A DNA stretch of 63,340 bases, filler included, from Guillardia theta CCMP2712 (Eukaryota; Protista; Cryptophyta): assembly GCF_000315625.1 (NCBI RefSeq). It is 7 parts of 7 records of this genome, joined end to end, with 100 filler letters (N's around TTAATTAATTAA, not from the genome) between each part and the next. Parts side by side here need not be neighbours in the genome. Positions count along the whole stretch, not along the records: positions 47,483 to 63,340 come from NW_005434526.1; 6 more parts are not named here. One strand, given 5' to 3'. Shown here in pieces: positions 63,131-63,340 of this stretch. The position numbers and the translations under genes were made by a program. The notes beneath the pieces were generated by a model that had not been told where the DNA came from, did not search any database, and worked only from the letters and a program-made list of their open reading frames with translations. The first letter of the stretch is position 1; each line of letters begins with the position of its first letter.

Positions 63131-63340
63131 AGGATGAGAGCCAACGGGAGACAGCGAGTCAGAGCAAGAGGAGGAGGAGGAGGAGGAGGAGGAGGGAGGA
63201 GGAGGAGGAGAAAAGAAAAGGGAGCAGTGGACAAGTCAGGACAAAGAGGAGGAGGAGGGGGAGGGGGTAGTGGGCGGATGATGGGGAAGATGAGGATGCA
63301 TGAGGTCGATGAGGATGAGGATCATGTTTCTCGTTAACAA

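Overview
Eukaryotic nuclear DNA, intron-rich and full of microsatellites. Gene content (two RWP-RK factors, a CEHGR zinc-repeat protein, PA14/filamin and IPT/TIG repeat proteins) and TTTAGGG telomere repeats suggest an alga or protist, plausibly a cryptophyte; this is inference. The window is not contiguous: six artificial 100-nt linkers (N44-TTAATTAATTAA-N44) split it into seven pieces, and there are two sized N gaps. Recognisable genes: F-box-like/TPR, C2-cNMP-C2-LOR/Tubby-like, PA14/filamin, CEHGR repeat, IPT/TIG repeat, PTGES2-like GST, p300/CBP-like HAT with degenerate active site, iGluR-like channel, two RWP-RK factors and an EF-hand protein. The best candidate for a new system is at 31310-34773. 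On the minus strand a (TTTAGGG)n tract runs straight into about 19 copies of a 22-bp monomer, whose last copy supplies a Kozak ATG for a long intronless RRM-like ORF. This resembles the 5' end of a telomere-targeted LINE, and a Ty3/Gypsy RT relic lies between telomeric repeats next to it. Other highlights: a 22-unit zinc-repeat array that varies mainly at four positions, a cox1 NUMT inside an inverted repeat, and recurring GC-rich motif cores with strand-skewed GGGGTAGGGG arms in intergenic DNA.
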